From Syntrophales bacterium (GTDB taxonomy: Bacteria > Desulfobacterota > Syntrophia > Syntrophales > UBA5619), in NCBI GenBank assembly GCA_030654195.1, contig JAURXV010000037.1, positions 1-61,517 of the forward strand: a stretch of 61,517 nt of DNA, given 5' to 3'. The notes under the pieces were generated by a model, which saw nothing but the letters and a program-made list of their open reading frames with translations, did not search any database and was not told the DNA's origin. The position numbers and the translations under genes are program-made. Positions 39,133-48,727 of the stretch are shown here, in pieces. Position 1 is the stretch's first letter; every line of letters starts with the position of its first letter.

Positions 39133-40791
39133 CTATACGCCGGTAAAATCGATCTGATGTGGGCTCAGTTCACGGCGGGCATAGTCCAGAGGAATCCCCT
39201 CCCTTTGAAACAGGGTAAAAAGGTCCGGATCGATGTGCCCGTCTTTCACCATCATCGCCAGGATATTCATGGCTTCGGAAAGGGTTTTCCCCTTTTGGTA
39301 GGGTCTGTCCTTGGCCGTCAGCGCCTCGAACACATCCGCCAGGGCCAGGATCCTGGACTGAAGGGAAAGCTGGGTGGCGTTGAGGCCTCTTGGATAGCCC
39401 CTGCCGTTCAGTGTTTCATGGTGGGCAGCCGCATAATCAGGAGCATGTCTCATCTTTTTCGGAAAGGGCAATTGAGAAAGAATCTTGTAGGTCATCGCGG
39501 CATGATTCTGGATGATATCCCTTTCCTTTGCAGACAGGGTCCCTTTGCGGATATTCAGGTTTTCAACCTCCTCGGGTAAAAGAAGAGGCTTCTTTTTCCC
39601 ATCCAACTCCCAGGTCCTCAGGGCGATCGTCCTGATCCTGTCCATCATCTCATCCGACATCAGTTCGCTTCCACGATTGGCCTCCGACAAAAACCGGAAT
39701 TCCTCCCGGAGGGTGGTTTCCAACTCATCATTCTCTTCGGTTGCCGCCGATTCGGGAAGGTTCTCCTTGTTCAGATTCCTTAGCATGGTCTGCAGTCTGT
39801 ACAATTCAAACCGGAGCCGCAGGAGCTCGATCCGGTCAAAAATGGTTTCCAACTTTGTCGCCTTGTCAACCACATACTCTGGTGTCGTAATCTTTCCCAC
39901 ATCATGGAGCCAGGCAGCGATCTGCAGTTCTTTAAGCTGATCGTCCGAAAACTTGTGATCCGCCAAGGGCCCCTCCGTCGTATCATTGATTTTGCGGGCA
40001 ATGTCCATCGTCAGGTCGGCCACGCGGCGGACATGACCCCCGGTATAGGGCGACTTTTCATCGATGGCGGTCGCAATAGCGCGGATGAAGGATTCCATCA
40101 GGGCTTCAAGGTCTTGAATGAGGCGATTGTTTGAAAGGGCGACTGCGGCCTGGGAGGCGAGGGATTCGGTCATTTCCTGGCATTCGGCAGAAAAGGAAAC
40201 AACCTCGCTGCGTTTTTCATCTCGTGCATTAAGCAACTGCAAAACGCCGATGATATCATTTTCATGGTTTTTCATCGGGACCACGAGCATCGATTTGGAG
40301 CGGTACCCCGTCTGGGCATCGAAATTTCTAGTCCCCTGGAAGTCAAAACCCTCCGCATCATAGACATCGGGGATATTGACGGTATTTCCGGTCAATGCGA
40401 CATAGGCGGAGACATTTCCGTGGTTGGACGAGCCATCGGCATTTTGCAGCCGGACCGGTTTCCAGGTGATCTTCCCCCCGGTTCCCCCCATTCGGACATC
40501 GAGGGTCTCCGTCTGCACAATGGCAAATTGCAGCTCGGTTTCATCGTCGGACATGATGTAGAGGGTACCGCCGTCGGCGCCGGTGAATTCCCTCGCTTCT
40601 TCGATGATCATTTCGAACAGACGCTCGATATTCCGCTCTGCGGAAAGCGCCGTACCGATCCGAGTCAGCCTGCGGATCTGTTTTAGTTGATTTTCGCTGA
40701 ATTTCCTGGTCTCAGCCTCACCGCACCTGTTGTGATGGTTGAGAGGCGTACTGCCCGCAGGACCGGGGAACTCTTTCCCCTTTCCGTCCAT
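39133..40791 (-). CDS. GAF plus HD-GYP cyclic dinucleotide phosphodiesterase
   Basis: GAF (NIPDVY...FD..TGYRSKSML.VP), YTGGH, LHDVGK, HHE...G.GYP, ADVFEALT. Confidence 0.88.
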   Translation of the reverse strand: MDGKGKEFPGPAGSTPLNHHNRCGEAETRKFSENQLKQIRRLTRIGTALSAERNIERLFEMIIEEAREFTGADGGTLYIMSDDETELQFAIVQTETLDVRMGGTGGKITWKPVRLQNADGSSNHGNVSAYVALTGNTVNIPDVYDAEGFDFQGTRNFDAQTGYRSKSMLVVPMKNHENDIIGVLQLLNARDEKRSEVVSFSAECQEMTESLASQAAVALSNNRLIQDLEALMESFIRAIATAIDEKSPYTGGHVRRVADLTMDIARKINDTTEGPLADHKFSDDQLKELQIAAWLHDVGKITTPEYVVDKATKLETIFDRIELLRLRFELYRLQTMLRNLNKENLPESAATEENDELETTLREEFRFLSEANRGSELMSDEMMDRIRTIALRTWELDGKKKPLLLPEEVENLNIRKGTLSAKERDIIQNHAAMTYKILSQLPFPKKMRHAPDYAAAHHETLNGRGYPRGLNATQLSLQSRILALADVFEALTAKDRPYQKGKTLSEAMNILAMMVKDGHIDPDLFTLFQREGIPLDYARRELSPHQIDFTGV

Positions 40792-40870
40792 ATTTCACCT
40801 ACTTTCTGCCTTTGAACCGTACAAACACGACCTCCGGCGATCACATTATGAAGCCATCCGGACTTTTAAG

Positions 40871-41560
40871 TCAACGGATAATGATACGGAGGCGTTTACT
40901 TTCTAATTTTTTTTGAATGGCGGCAAATTCTTCAGTAGAATATGACAACTCAGACAAAAATTGATTATCCAGGGTTTTCTTGGGCATAAAGGGTTGCAGG
41001 ACATACAATTGCGCCTTCTTCAGCATTCTTGCGGTTGCAATCAGGTCTTCCTTGTCAAGCTGCGAACGGACGACGGTTGTACGGAATTCATGTTCGATTC
41101 CTGAAGATGCAATCAGTTCTATGCTTCTCAGGATCTTTGCGGTTTCAACATCGGCTTTTGCAATTTGTCCATATTTATGGAGGGGACCCTTGACGTCCAT
41201 GGCCAGATAGTCGACCCATCGTCCGCGGATCAACCTCTCCAGAATGGTCGGCTTCGATCCGTTGGTATCCACCTTGACGAGATACCCCATCTTTTTGATC
41301 TGCTGCAGAAATCTTTCCAAATCCTTCTGCAGCGTGGGCTCCCCGCCGGTCACGGTGACGGCTTCCAGCTTGCCCCGCCTCTTTTCCAGAAAAGAGAGCA
41401 CCTCCGTCTCGGGCAGAATCGGCCCGTATTGAGCGGGGTCGACCAGCTCCGGGTTGTGACAGTAGGGACAACGGAAGTTGCATCCCTGGGTAAAGACGAT
41501 GGCGCTGATTCGACCGGGGTAATCGATCAGCGAGATTTTCTGAAATCCCCCAATCCTCAT
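40871..41560 (-). CDS. nrdG: Anaerobic ribonucleotide reductase activating radical SAM protein
   Basis: SLIDYPG, GCNFRCPYCHN, TGGEPT, DTNG, EFRTT; directly after nrdD. Confidence 0.92.
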   Translation of the reverse strand: MRIGGFQKISLIDYPGRISAIVFTQGCNFRCPYCHNPELVDPAQYGPILPETEVLSFLEKRRGKLEAVTVTGGEPTLQKDLERFLQQIKKMGYLVKVDTNGSKPTILERLIRGRWVDYLAMDVKGPLHKYGQIAKADVETAKILRSIELIASSGIEHEFRTTVVRSQLDKEDLIATARMLKKAQLYVLQPFMPKKTLDNQFLSELSYSTEEFAAIQKKLESKRLRIIIR

Positions 41561-41564
41561 CTTA

Positions 41565-43655
41565 TTAAAACCTGTATTCTTTTCTGAGGTCGAACTCCGC
41601 TTGCTTTCCTTTGTTCCATTGCTTGACCGGCCTGAGATATCCCACCACACGGGAGTAGATCTCGCAGGCCTCTTCACAGGTCGGACAGGTCGCTACCTCC
41701 CCGTTCAGATAACCGTGCGATGGGCAGATGCTGAAGGTGGGGGTAAAGGTCAGGTAGGGAAGATGATAATGGGTGCAGATCTTCTTGATCAGGGTCTTCA
41801 CGGCCCGGGGATCGGAAATCCGCTCACCGGCAAAGGTGTGAAAAACCGTTCCGCCGGTGTACTTGCACTGGATCTCGTCCTGCAGATCGAGAGCCTCAAA
41901 GACGTCATCGGTATAGTTGACGGGAAGTTGCGTGGAATTCGTATAGAAGGGTTCCGCCTGTCTCGTCCGGCAATTTTCCTCATTGGCGCAGAGGATCTCC
42001 GGATATTTCTTCTTATCGATTCGGGCCAGACGATAGGAGGTTCCCTCCGCCGGCGTTGATTCCAGATTGTAATTGTTTCCCGTCTCCTTCTGGAATAGGA
42101 CCAGATGGTTGCGCATGAAATCGAGGACTTTTTTCGCAAACCGCTGCCCTTCCGGGGTGGTGATGTCCTGACCGAAGAGGTTCAAGCAGGCCTCATTCAT
42201 CCCCACAAGGCCGATGGTGGAAAAATGGTTCTTCCAGTATTCGCTGAACCGCTGCTTGACATTCCGGAGGTAGTGTTTCGTATAGGGATAGAGGTTCCCG
42301 TCGGTGAATTTCTCCAGCACCTTTCTCTTGACTTCAAGGCTCTCTTTGGCCGTGGCCATCAATTTCTCAAGCCGCCCCATGAACGCCTCTTCCGTATCGG
42401 AGAGATAACCGATTCGGGGCATATTGATGGTAATCACCCCGATGGAACCCGTCAAGGGATTCGAACCAAACAGCCCCCCTCCCCGTCTGTGCAGTTCCCG
42501 ATTGTCGATCCGCAGCCGGCAGCACATGCTTCTGGCGTCTTCCGGATCCATGTCCGAATTGATGAAATTGGAAAAATAGGGCACGCCATATTTTGCGGTC
42601 ATTTCCCAGAGGCCTTCGAATTTTGGGTCATCCCAGTTGAAATTCTTTGTGATGCTGTAGGTGGGGATCGGAAAGGTAAAAACGCGCCCCTTTGCATCGC
42701 CGTCGGCCATCACCTGAAGAAAGGCCTTGTTGAAAAGGTTCATCTCCTCCTGAAATTCCGCATAGGTCTCCTTCTGAGGTTCGCCGCCGACAATGACGTT
42801 CTTGTCGGCATAGTAGCGGGGCACCGTGATATCCAGCGTAACATTGGTAAAGGGCGTCTGGAAACCTACCCGGGTTGGGACATTGATGTTGAAGATGAAT
42901 TCCTGGAGCGCCTGCTGGATCTCCTGATAGCTCAGCTTGTCGTAACGGATAAAGGGGGCGAGCAGCGTGTCGAAATTGGAAAAGGCCTGCGCCCCGGCCG
43001 CCTCTCCCTGAAGGGTGTAGAAGAAATTGACCACCTGGCCTAAGGCGCTGCGGAGATGCTTGGCCGGTTTGCTCTCCACCTTGCCTGAGACGCCGCGGAA
43101 TCCCTCCATCAGAAGATCGAACAGATCCCAGCCCACGCAGTAGACCGAAAGCAGGCTGAGGTCATGGATATGGAAATCTCCCTCCGTATGCGCCCGACGG
43201 ATCTCCGGAGAATAGATCTCGTTGAGCCAGTAGACCTTGCTGACCTCGGAGGAGATGTAATTGTTCAGCCCCTGGAGGGAATAGTCCATATTGCTGTTTT
43301 CGTGAATCTTCCAATCCATCTTTTTGAGATACTGATCGACAAGATCCACCTCCATCTTGTTGGTGATTTCCCGGAGACGGGCATGCTGCTCGCGATAGAT
43401 AATGTAGGCCTTCGCCGTCTTTCGATACGATGAAGAGAGGAGAACCTCCTCCACGATGTCCTGAATTTCCTCAACCGTCGTGATCCGGCTGTCGAAGATC
43501 TTTTCCGCCAGATTCAGGACGCGGATGGTCAGTGTCTTTGCGACAGCATGATCAAATTCACCGCTTGCCGCGCCGGCCTTGGCGATGGCGCTGGTGATCT
43601 TCTCCGCGTTGAACTTCAGCAGGCGGCCGTCCCTCTTCTTGATTTTTGCGTGCAT
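41565..43655 (-). CDS. nrdD: Class III (anaerobic) ribonucleoside-triphosphate reductase with ATP cone
   Basis: IKKRDG ATP cone, SMCCRL, TPAEG, CPSHG...CPTC Zn site, YSRVVGYL glycyl radical motif. Confidence 0.95.
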   Translation of the reverse strand: MHAKIKKRDGRLLKFNAEKITSAIAKAGAASGEFDHAVAKTLTIRVLNLAEKIFDSRITTVEEIQDIVEEVLLSSSYRKTAKAYIIYREQHARLREITNKMEVDLVDQYLKKMDWKIHENSNMDYSLQGLNNYISSEVSKVYWLNEIYSPEIRRAHTEGDFHIHDLSLLSVYCVGWDLFDLLMEGFRGVSGKVESKPAKHLRSALGQVVNFFYTLQGEAAGAQAFSNFDTLLAPFIRYDKLSYQEIQQALQEFIFNINVPTRVGFQTPFTNVTLDITVPRYYADKNVIVGGEPQKETYAEFQEEMNLFNKAFLQVMADGDAKGRVFTFPIPTYSITKNFNWDDPKFEGLWEMTAKYGVPYFSNFINSDMDPEDARSMCCRLRIDNRELHRRGGGLFGSNPLTGSIGVITINMPRIGYLSDTEEAFMGRLEKLMATAKESLEVKRKVLEKFTDGNLYPYTKHYLRNVKQRFSEYWKNHFSTIGLVGMNEACLNLFGQDITTPEGQRFAKKVLDFMRNHLVLFQKETGNNYNLESTPAEGTSYRLARIDKKKYPEILCANEENCRTRQAEPFYTNSTQLPVNYTDDVFEALDLQDEIQCKYTGGTVFHTFAGERISDPRAVKTLIKKICTHYHLPYLTFTPTFSICPSHGYLNGEVATCPTCEEACEIYSRVVGYLRPVKQWNKGKQAEFDLRKEYRF

Positions 43656-43708
43656 GGAGAGCTCCTCTTCCTTAAGATGATTTCATATTGTCGCAAATCT
43701 GTTGTTAA

Positions 43709-43755
43709 CCGCAACATATTGTGGCTGGATTTTGTATTACTACTATATATTGATG
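43709..43755. promoter_or_regulatory. Tandem NrdR boxes upstream of nrdD
   Basis: CCGCAACATATTGTGG (43709-43724) and CTACTATATATTGATG (43740-43755) resemble acaCwAtATaTwGtg and start 31 bp apart. Confidence 0.75.
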
Positions 43756-43806
43756 TGGTCAAGCGGAAACTTCAAAAAAAATTTGCTATTTTTTGAACCG
43801 CTGGAC

Positions 43807-43835
43807 TTGCCTTTCTAAGATCGGAATTGTATATT
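43807..43835 (+). promoter_or_regulatory. Putative sigma-70 promoter of the MeT1-like methyltransferase
   Basis: TTGCCT, 17 bp spacer, TATATT. Confidence 0.4.
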
Positions 43836-43883
43836 CTTCAAACGCTGCTGAAATCCATCCACCAGAAAGAAAGGCCGAGAGCA

Positions 43884-44552
43884 ATGGATGTCGATGAATT
43901 AAAGAGAATGCATTTCAAGGGCTTCATGGCCGAGGAGGAGGCCGTTCGTCTGTATGAACTGGCAAGGGAGGCTTCCGGCCGCGGCCCCTGCCTGGAGATC
44001 GGCAGTTATTGCGGCCGTTCGGCTGCCTATCTGGGGATGGGATGCAAAGAGAAAGGGGGAATCCTCTTTTCGCTCGACCATCATGAGGGTTCGGAGGAGC
44101 AGCAGCCCGGGCAGGAGTACTTCGATCCGGAGCTCCTGGATCCGGCTACGGGGCGAATAGATACCTTCCCCGCCTTCCGAAAAACGATCCGTAATCTTTC
44201 CCTTGAGGATACGGTCGTTCCGCTCGTCTCCCGTTCCGCAGTCGTCGCCCGCCTCTGGGCCACGCCGCTCAGCCTGATCTTCATCGATGGGGGCCACACC
44301 TTTGAGGCGACTTTCATCGATTACAGCGCCTGGATCTCACACCTCATTCCCGGCGGCTACCTGGCGATCCATGACATCTTCCCCGATCCAAAAAAGGGGG
44401 GCCAGGCGCCCTGGTGTGTCTACCGTATGGCCCTCGATTCCGGTCTTTTCGAGGAGCTTCCGCTGACGGGGACGCTGGGCGTTCTGCGGAGGGCTGCCAC
44501 CGGCCTTCTCACCGACCGCTCAAGAACGTGTTGGGCCAATATCCGCGGCTGA
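43884..44552 (+). CDS. Class I SAM methyltransferase (Methyltransf_24), MMP 1-O-methyltransferase MeT1-like
   Basis: KGFM..EE, LEIGSYCGRS, DHH.GSEE.QPG.EY.DP, FIDGGH, HDIFPDP..GGQAP. Confidence 0.8.
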   Translation: MDVDELKRMHFKGFMAEEEAVRLYELAREASGRGPCLEIGSYCGRSAAYLGMGCKEKGGILFSLDHHEGSEEQQPGQEYFDPELLDPATGRIDTFPAFRKTIRNLSLEDTVVPLVSRSAVVARLWATPLSLIFIDGGHTFEATFIDYSAWISHLIPGGYLAIHDIFPDPKKGGQAPWCVYRMALDSGLFEELPLTGTLGVLRRAATGLLTDRSRTCWANIRG

Positions 44553-46160
44553 TTCCGATTTCATCGGCGCATGCTCGACGCGGTTGTTGTGCGTCCAGTG
44601 CCAGAGGCATTCTCCACCGGATATCACGGGGCGGACGTACCCTTTCTCGACGAGTCCCCGGATGGTTCGGCAAACCATTCCACCATCGACGCCTGTGGCT
44701 TTCACGATCCGCCGGCAGAGCTCTTCCTGGAGAAGCTCCGTACTTTCGGTAGAATCCGGCGCCGGAATGGCGCCCCACTTTTCGATCAGATCTTCGGATA
44801 GCAGGCGATAGACCAGCTTCATCCGGAAATGGCCTTCAACCTGCATGTCGACCCCCGGTGCATTGGTTCGGTCATGGTATCCCTGAACCATCTCCTCCCA
44901 GACCTTTGCGATCTCCGATTCGAAATCCGCTACGAACCGGTTCATCTCCTCCGGAGAAAGGGCGGAGGTCCGAACGATGGCGCTGTTCGCGTCATACCGG
45001 GTCCAGTCGTCGGTCAGGATTTCCAGATCGTACTTTTTCACCTCCTCGCGGACCGTCGTACCCGGAAAGGGGGCGAGGAAATGATAGCCGTACAACGAGC
45101 CGAGCCCGGCGGCGAACTCCTCCGTTTCCCGGAGGGTCTCACATGTCTCCCCGGGCAGGCCGACGATGAAGGAGGTGTGGGCAATGATCCCCGCTTCCCG
45201 GCAGAGGGAAACCGCATGCCGGACCTGATCCCGGGTGATCCCCTTGCGGATCAGCTTCAGCATCTCCGGATTTCCCGTCTCAACGCCGAAGCTCACGCTG
45301 TCGCAGCCCGACTCGCGCATCAGCTTCAGGGTTTCCAGGTCGACGGTATTCACGCGGGCAAAGGCGCTCCACCCAAACCGGAGGCCGCGGCGGATGATCT
45401 CGTCGCAAACCTCCTTTACCTTCCCCCGGCTGGATACGAACAGGTCGTCCGCCACGTTGATCCGATCGATGCCGTAGGAGAGGATCTCCTCGATCTCGTC
45501 CACAACCAGCGAAGGATTTCTCAGACGGATCTTCTTCCCGACCATGCGGCGTCCGAGGCAGAAGATACAGGAATAGGGACAGCCGCGGGAGGTTATGATG
45601 CTGATCGGATAACCGAGGGCCTGATAACGGGACAGCGGGAGGAGATGACGCGCCGGGATAGGCAGGGTATCGAGATCGTCGATGAAGGGCTGCGGCTCAT
45701 TGATGACGACACGGCCGTTACGCCGGAAGACCAGCCCGCGGATCTCTCCCCATTTTTCGGGATTTAGATCCTCGGCCATCAATTCGGCTATGGTTCTCTC
45801 CCCTTCCCCGGCCACAATCAGATCGATCCCGGGATAGTCGTTCAGCGTCCGTTCGGCGGAGAAGGATACATGCGGTCCTCCCATCAGGGTGATCAGCGAT
45901 GGTCGATGCCGCTTGGCCTCACAAACGATCTCCGCAGCGCCCGGGAAATTGAGCGTTACGGAGCTCCCGCAAAGAACATCAGGGCGGAAGGCGTCGATCT
46001 GCGCCCGCAGTTTTTCCGGCGTGTACCGGCTGACGATATAATCGAAGATCCGCACCTCGGCGCCGGCCGTCTCGAAGGCGGCGGCGACATAAGTGACGCC
46101 GAGCGGCGGCGCGGGCGCCTCTTCAAGGGGATAGGGCGGTGCGACAATGGCAACTCTCAT
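44520..46160 (-). CDS. Cobalamin-binding radical SAM protein (class B methyltransferase-like)
   Basis: PPLG..YVAA, GGPH, GEGE, SRGCPYSCIFC (CX3CX2C), GVETG, FIVGLPGET, PFPGT. Confidence 0.88.
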   Translation of the reverse strand: MRVAIVAPPYPLEEAPAPPLGVTYVAAAFETAGAEVRIFDYIVSRYTPEKLRAQIDAFRPDVLCGSSVTLNFPGAAEIVCEAKRHRPSLITLMGGPHVSFSAERTLNDYPGIDLIVAGEGERTIAELMAEDLNPEKWGEIRGLVFRRNGRVVINEPQPFIDDLDTLPIPARHLLPLSRYQALGYPISIITSRGCPYSCIFCLGRRMVGKKIRLRNPSLVVDEIEEILSYGIDRINVADDLFVSSRGKVKEVCDEIIRRGLRFGWSAFARVNTVDLETLKLMRESGCDSVSFGVETGNPEMLKLIRKGITRDQVRHAVSLCREAGIIAHTSFIVGLPGETCETLRETEEFAAGLGSLYGYHFLAPFPGTTVREEVKKYDLEILTDDWTRYDANSAIVRTSALSPEEMNRFVADFESEIAKVWEEMVQGYHDRTNAPGVDMQVEGHFRMKLVYRLLSEDLIEKWGAIPAPDSTESTELLQEELCRRIVKATGVDGGMVCRTIRGLVEKGYVRPVISGGECLWHWTHNNRVEHAPMKSESAADIGPTRS

Positions 46161-46182
46161 CGGCAGTTCTCCGGTATACAAA

Positions 46183-46914
46183 TCAATCCCCCTTTCTGGG
46201 AAAGATGACCGACCGGAGCCAGCCCAGCCAACTGTTGTCCTTCATGAAATGACGGTCGATCTCTTCGAATTGGGCGGCGAGCGCCCCGGGATCGGCCAGC
46301 CAGTTGGCGCGCGTCTTCACCGGCCTGTCGGCATCGAGATATTTTACGACGGCTGCCGGATTTCCCGCGGCGACTGCATTGGCCGGGATATCACGGACCA
46401 CCACGGCGCCGGCGCCGATGATGCTGTTCTCTCCGATCCTGACCCCCTTGCAGACAATGGCGCCGTCCCCGATCCAGACCTTGTCTCCGATATGGACGGG
46501 AAGGGTATGGCCGATCGGAAGGCTCCGGTCGTAAACGCCATGCCAGTCCGAATCGGTCACAAAGGCCCCCTGGGCCAGCATGCAACTCTCCCCGATCACG
46601 ATCTCCGTGGCGGCGCTGATCCGGACTCCGGGACAGATGAGACAGCAGTTTCCAATCTCGATTCTCCCCTCCCCTCCCAGCGCGGACCAGACGGTCAGCC
46701 GCACTTTCCGGTCCGGCGTGGCGATCACGGTGGCATGGCTCCCCAGTGTAACCGGGCCGCCGAAGATCTCGACATGCCAGGGTTTCATGAAGGTGCACCC
46801 CCGGCCGAGACCCTCAAAATGGGGGCGGAGAAATCGCTCCGCGTACCACTTCTGAAAATTCAGATCGAGGCGTTTGAGGATGTAGGGGCGATGATCTCTC
46901 CGCACGGAAATCAA
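46183..46914 (-). CDS. Hexapeptide-repeat (LbH) O-acyltransferase
   Basis: [LIV]GXXXX repeats, TDSDWH, VWIG, AGNPA. Confidence 0.85.
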   Translation of the reverse strand: MISVRRDHRPYILKRLDLNFQKWYAERFLRPHFEGLGRGCTFMKPWHVEIFGGPVTLGSHATVIATPDRKVRLTVWSALGGEGRIEIGNCCLICPGVRISAATEIVIGESCMLAQGAFVTDSDWHGVYDRSLPIGHTLPVHIGDKVWIGDGAIVCKGVRIGENSIIGAGAVVVRDIPANAVAAGNPAAVVKYLDADRPVKTRANWLADPGALAAQFEEIDRHFMKDNSWLGWLRSVIFPRKGD

Positions 46915-48020
46915 CCTCCGGATCTTTCAAGGGCGGGTGTGCGCCGATCGAAGACCATACCCGCAAACGATTCTTTGCCGAACCTGAGATGGGGATTCCT
47001 CTCCCAGAAGCCATGGCTGAAGAGCCGCCCGGCCGGCGTGATGTCGTGGAGGGCGTCGTAAGCGAGAAGCACCGCCGCCGCCGTCCAGGAGGTTTTTTCC
47101 TCCGGCCAGATCACGCCGTCCGGAAAAGTCACCCCCATCCAGTAGGCGCCGTCATCAAATCTCTTGTCGCAGATCCAGTTGAAGACGATAGCGGCCCTAT
47201 CGCGATCCCCCATCGCTGCCAAGGTCAAGACCAGCTCCGCTGCCTCGGCCGTGGTCACCCACGGCTGATCGCAGACACAACGGACCCCCCAATCAGGAAC
47301 AACGAACTTTTCCCAGGAGCGGTCGATTCGGTTCCGGGCTTCGGCGCCCTGAACGGCGCCGCAGAGGACAGGGTAGTACCAGTCCATCGAATATCGCGCC
47401 TTCATCATGTTGAACAGGCTGGGGCGATGGCGGATCGACTCTCCGAGCTTATTCAGAGCCGATTGCCAGTCCGAACGTTTTTTCCCCAGAAGGGAAGCAA
47501 CGGCGATCGCACACTTGAGGCTCATATAGACCGAGCTGGAACCGGTCAGCAGGGCCATCGGATCGACCACCCCTTCGCTGTTCCTGGCCCAGGCGATTTC
47601 GCCGGTGGCCGCCTGGAGGCCGACGGCATAATCGATTCCCGCCTTCAATGTCGGCCACAAACGCCTTAGGAAGCGCATCTCCCGCGTGATCAGGTAATGA
47701 TGGTAAACCCCGACGGCGATGTAGGACGAGACGTTGCTGTCCCGGGTTCTGTCCTCCGGCACACTGTTCCGGGTTGCCGACCACCAGCTCCCGTCAGGCA
47801 GTTGCGTCGATTCCATCCAGCGATAGGCCAGCTCCGCCTCCCGGAGGCGTCCGGCGACGCTGAGTCCCATCGCGCTTTCCACGTGATCCCAAGGGTCGGT
47901 CTTGCCGCCGACGGACCAGGGGATTTCTCCATTCGGTTTCTGCACGCCCGCGATAAAGTCCGCGATGGCGTCCACTTCGACTGGGGATTGGATAAGACCT
48001 TGCGAAAGGGGAAATTCCAT
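46911..48020 (-). CDS. 'Prenyltransferase/squalene oxidase repeat'-type (alpha/alpha)6 protein, MmpH-like glycoside hydrolase candidate
   Basis: Q..NGEIPW..GG.TDPWDHVE.AM, QLPDGSW, YSMDWYYPVL.G, GVRCV.D.PWVT.AE, WPEEKTSWT. Confidence 0.65.
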   Translation of the reverse strand: MEFPLSQGLIQSPVEVDAIADFIAGVQKPNGEIPWSVGGKTDPWDHVESAMGLSVAGRLREAELAYRWMESTQLPDGSWWSATRNSVPEDRTRDSNVSSYIAVGVYHHYLITREMRFLRRLWPTLKAGIDYAVGLQAATGEIAWARNSEGVVDPMALLTGSSSVYMSLKCAIAVASLLGKKRSDWQSALNKLGESIRHRPSLFNMMKARYSMDWYYPVLCGAVQGAEARNRIDRSWEKFVVPDWGVRCVCDQPWVTTAEAAELVLTLAAMGDRDRAAIVFNWICDKRFDDGAYWMGVTFPDGVIWPEEKTSWTAAAVLLAYDALHDITPAGRLFSHGFWERNPHLRFGKESFAGMVFDRRTPALERSGG

Positions 48021-48727
48021 CAGCGGTATCCTTTTTTCAGATAAAAAATAATGCTCTTGCCGATCAGCGGATTCAGAAGCCGATCCATCCAGGCCGTCAG
48101 CGGGGGATGCCGGATGATGTCCCATTCGAGGAACTTCCGGTACGCCTTGACCAGCGGAAAGGTCTCATTCTTGTGTCCCACGAGGCACCGGAGCCACCAG
48201 TAGGGGGCATGGAGACCATGACGGTAGCGGATCCGCCAGCAACGTACGCCTGCCGCCTCCAGAAGGCTCATCAATTCCCCCTTCTTATAGATCCGGATGT
48301 GGCCGCCGGGCTCGCGGTGATACGCCCGGGAAATCGTCCAGCAGACCCGCTCCGGCAGAAAGCGCGGAACCGTGACGACCAGATCCGCTCCCGGCTTGAG
48401 GACGCGGACGAGTTCCGCGACGGCGGTTCGATTGTCCTTGATGTGCTCCAGGACCTCGGAACAGATGACGACGTCAAAGCTGCCGTCGGCAAAGGGCAGT
48501 TTCGTGACATCGGCCTGCGCCACAAGCCAGCGCCCTTTCTGTTCCCTGGCCATCAGCGAGAGAAATCCCTTCGCCTTGCCCAGATCGTCCCGGTTCAGAT
48601 CCACACCGGCGACATCGACGCCCGGCGTCCGGAATGACTCGCAGAGATGTCTTCCGCTTCCGCATCCGGCATCGAGAACCCGCATTCCCGCCCGCAGCGG
48701 GATCTGCCTAAAGTCGACCGTAAGCAT
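48020..48727 (-). CDS. Class I SAM methyltransferase (Methyltransf_11), MeT3-like candidate
   Basis: MLTVDF, VLDAGCGSGRH, LPF.DGSFD, SEVLEH, GGHIRIY, H.LHAPYWWL.C, GKS. Confidence 0.8.
   Translation of the reverse strand: MLTVDFRQIPLRAGMRVLDAGCGSGRHLCESFRTPGVDVAGVDLNRDDLGKAKGFLSLMAREQKGRWLVAQADVTKLPFADGSFDVVICSEVLEHIKDNRTAVAELVRVLKPGADLVVTVPRFLPERVCWTISRAYHREPGGHIRIYKKGELMSLLEAAGVRCWRIRYRHGLHAPYWWLRCLVGHKNETFPLVKAYRKFLEWDIIRHPPLTAWMDRLLNPLIGKSIIFYLKKGYR

Noticed and set aside
46911-48020. Squalene-hopene cyclase or true prenyltransferase (hopanoid cluster)
   Set aside because: About 370 aa with no DXDD motif and only one or two QW-like repeats; context is glycan-related
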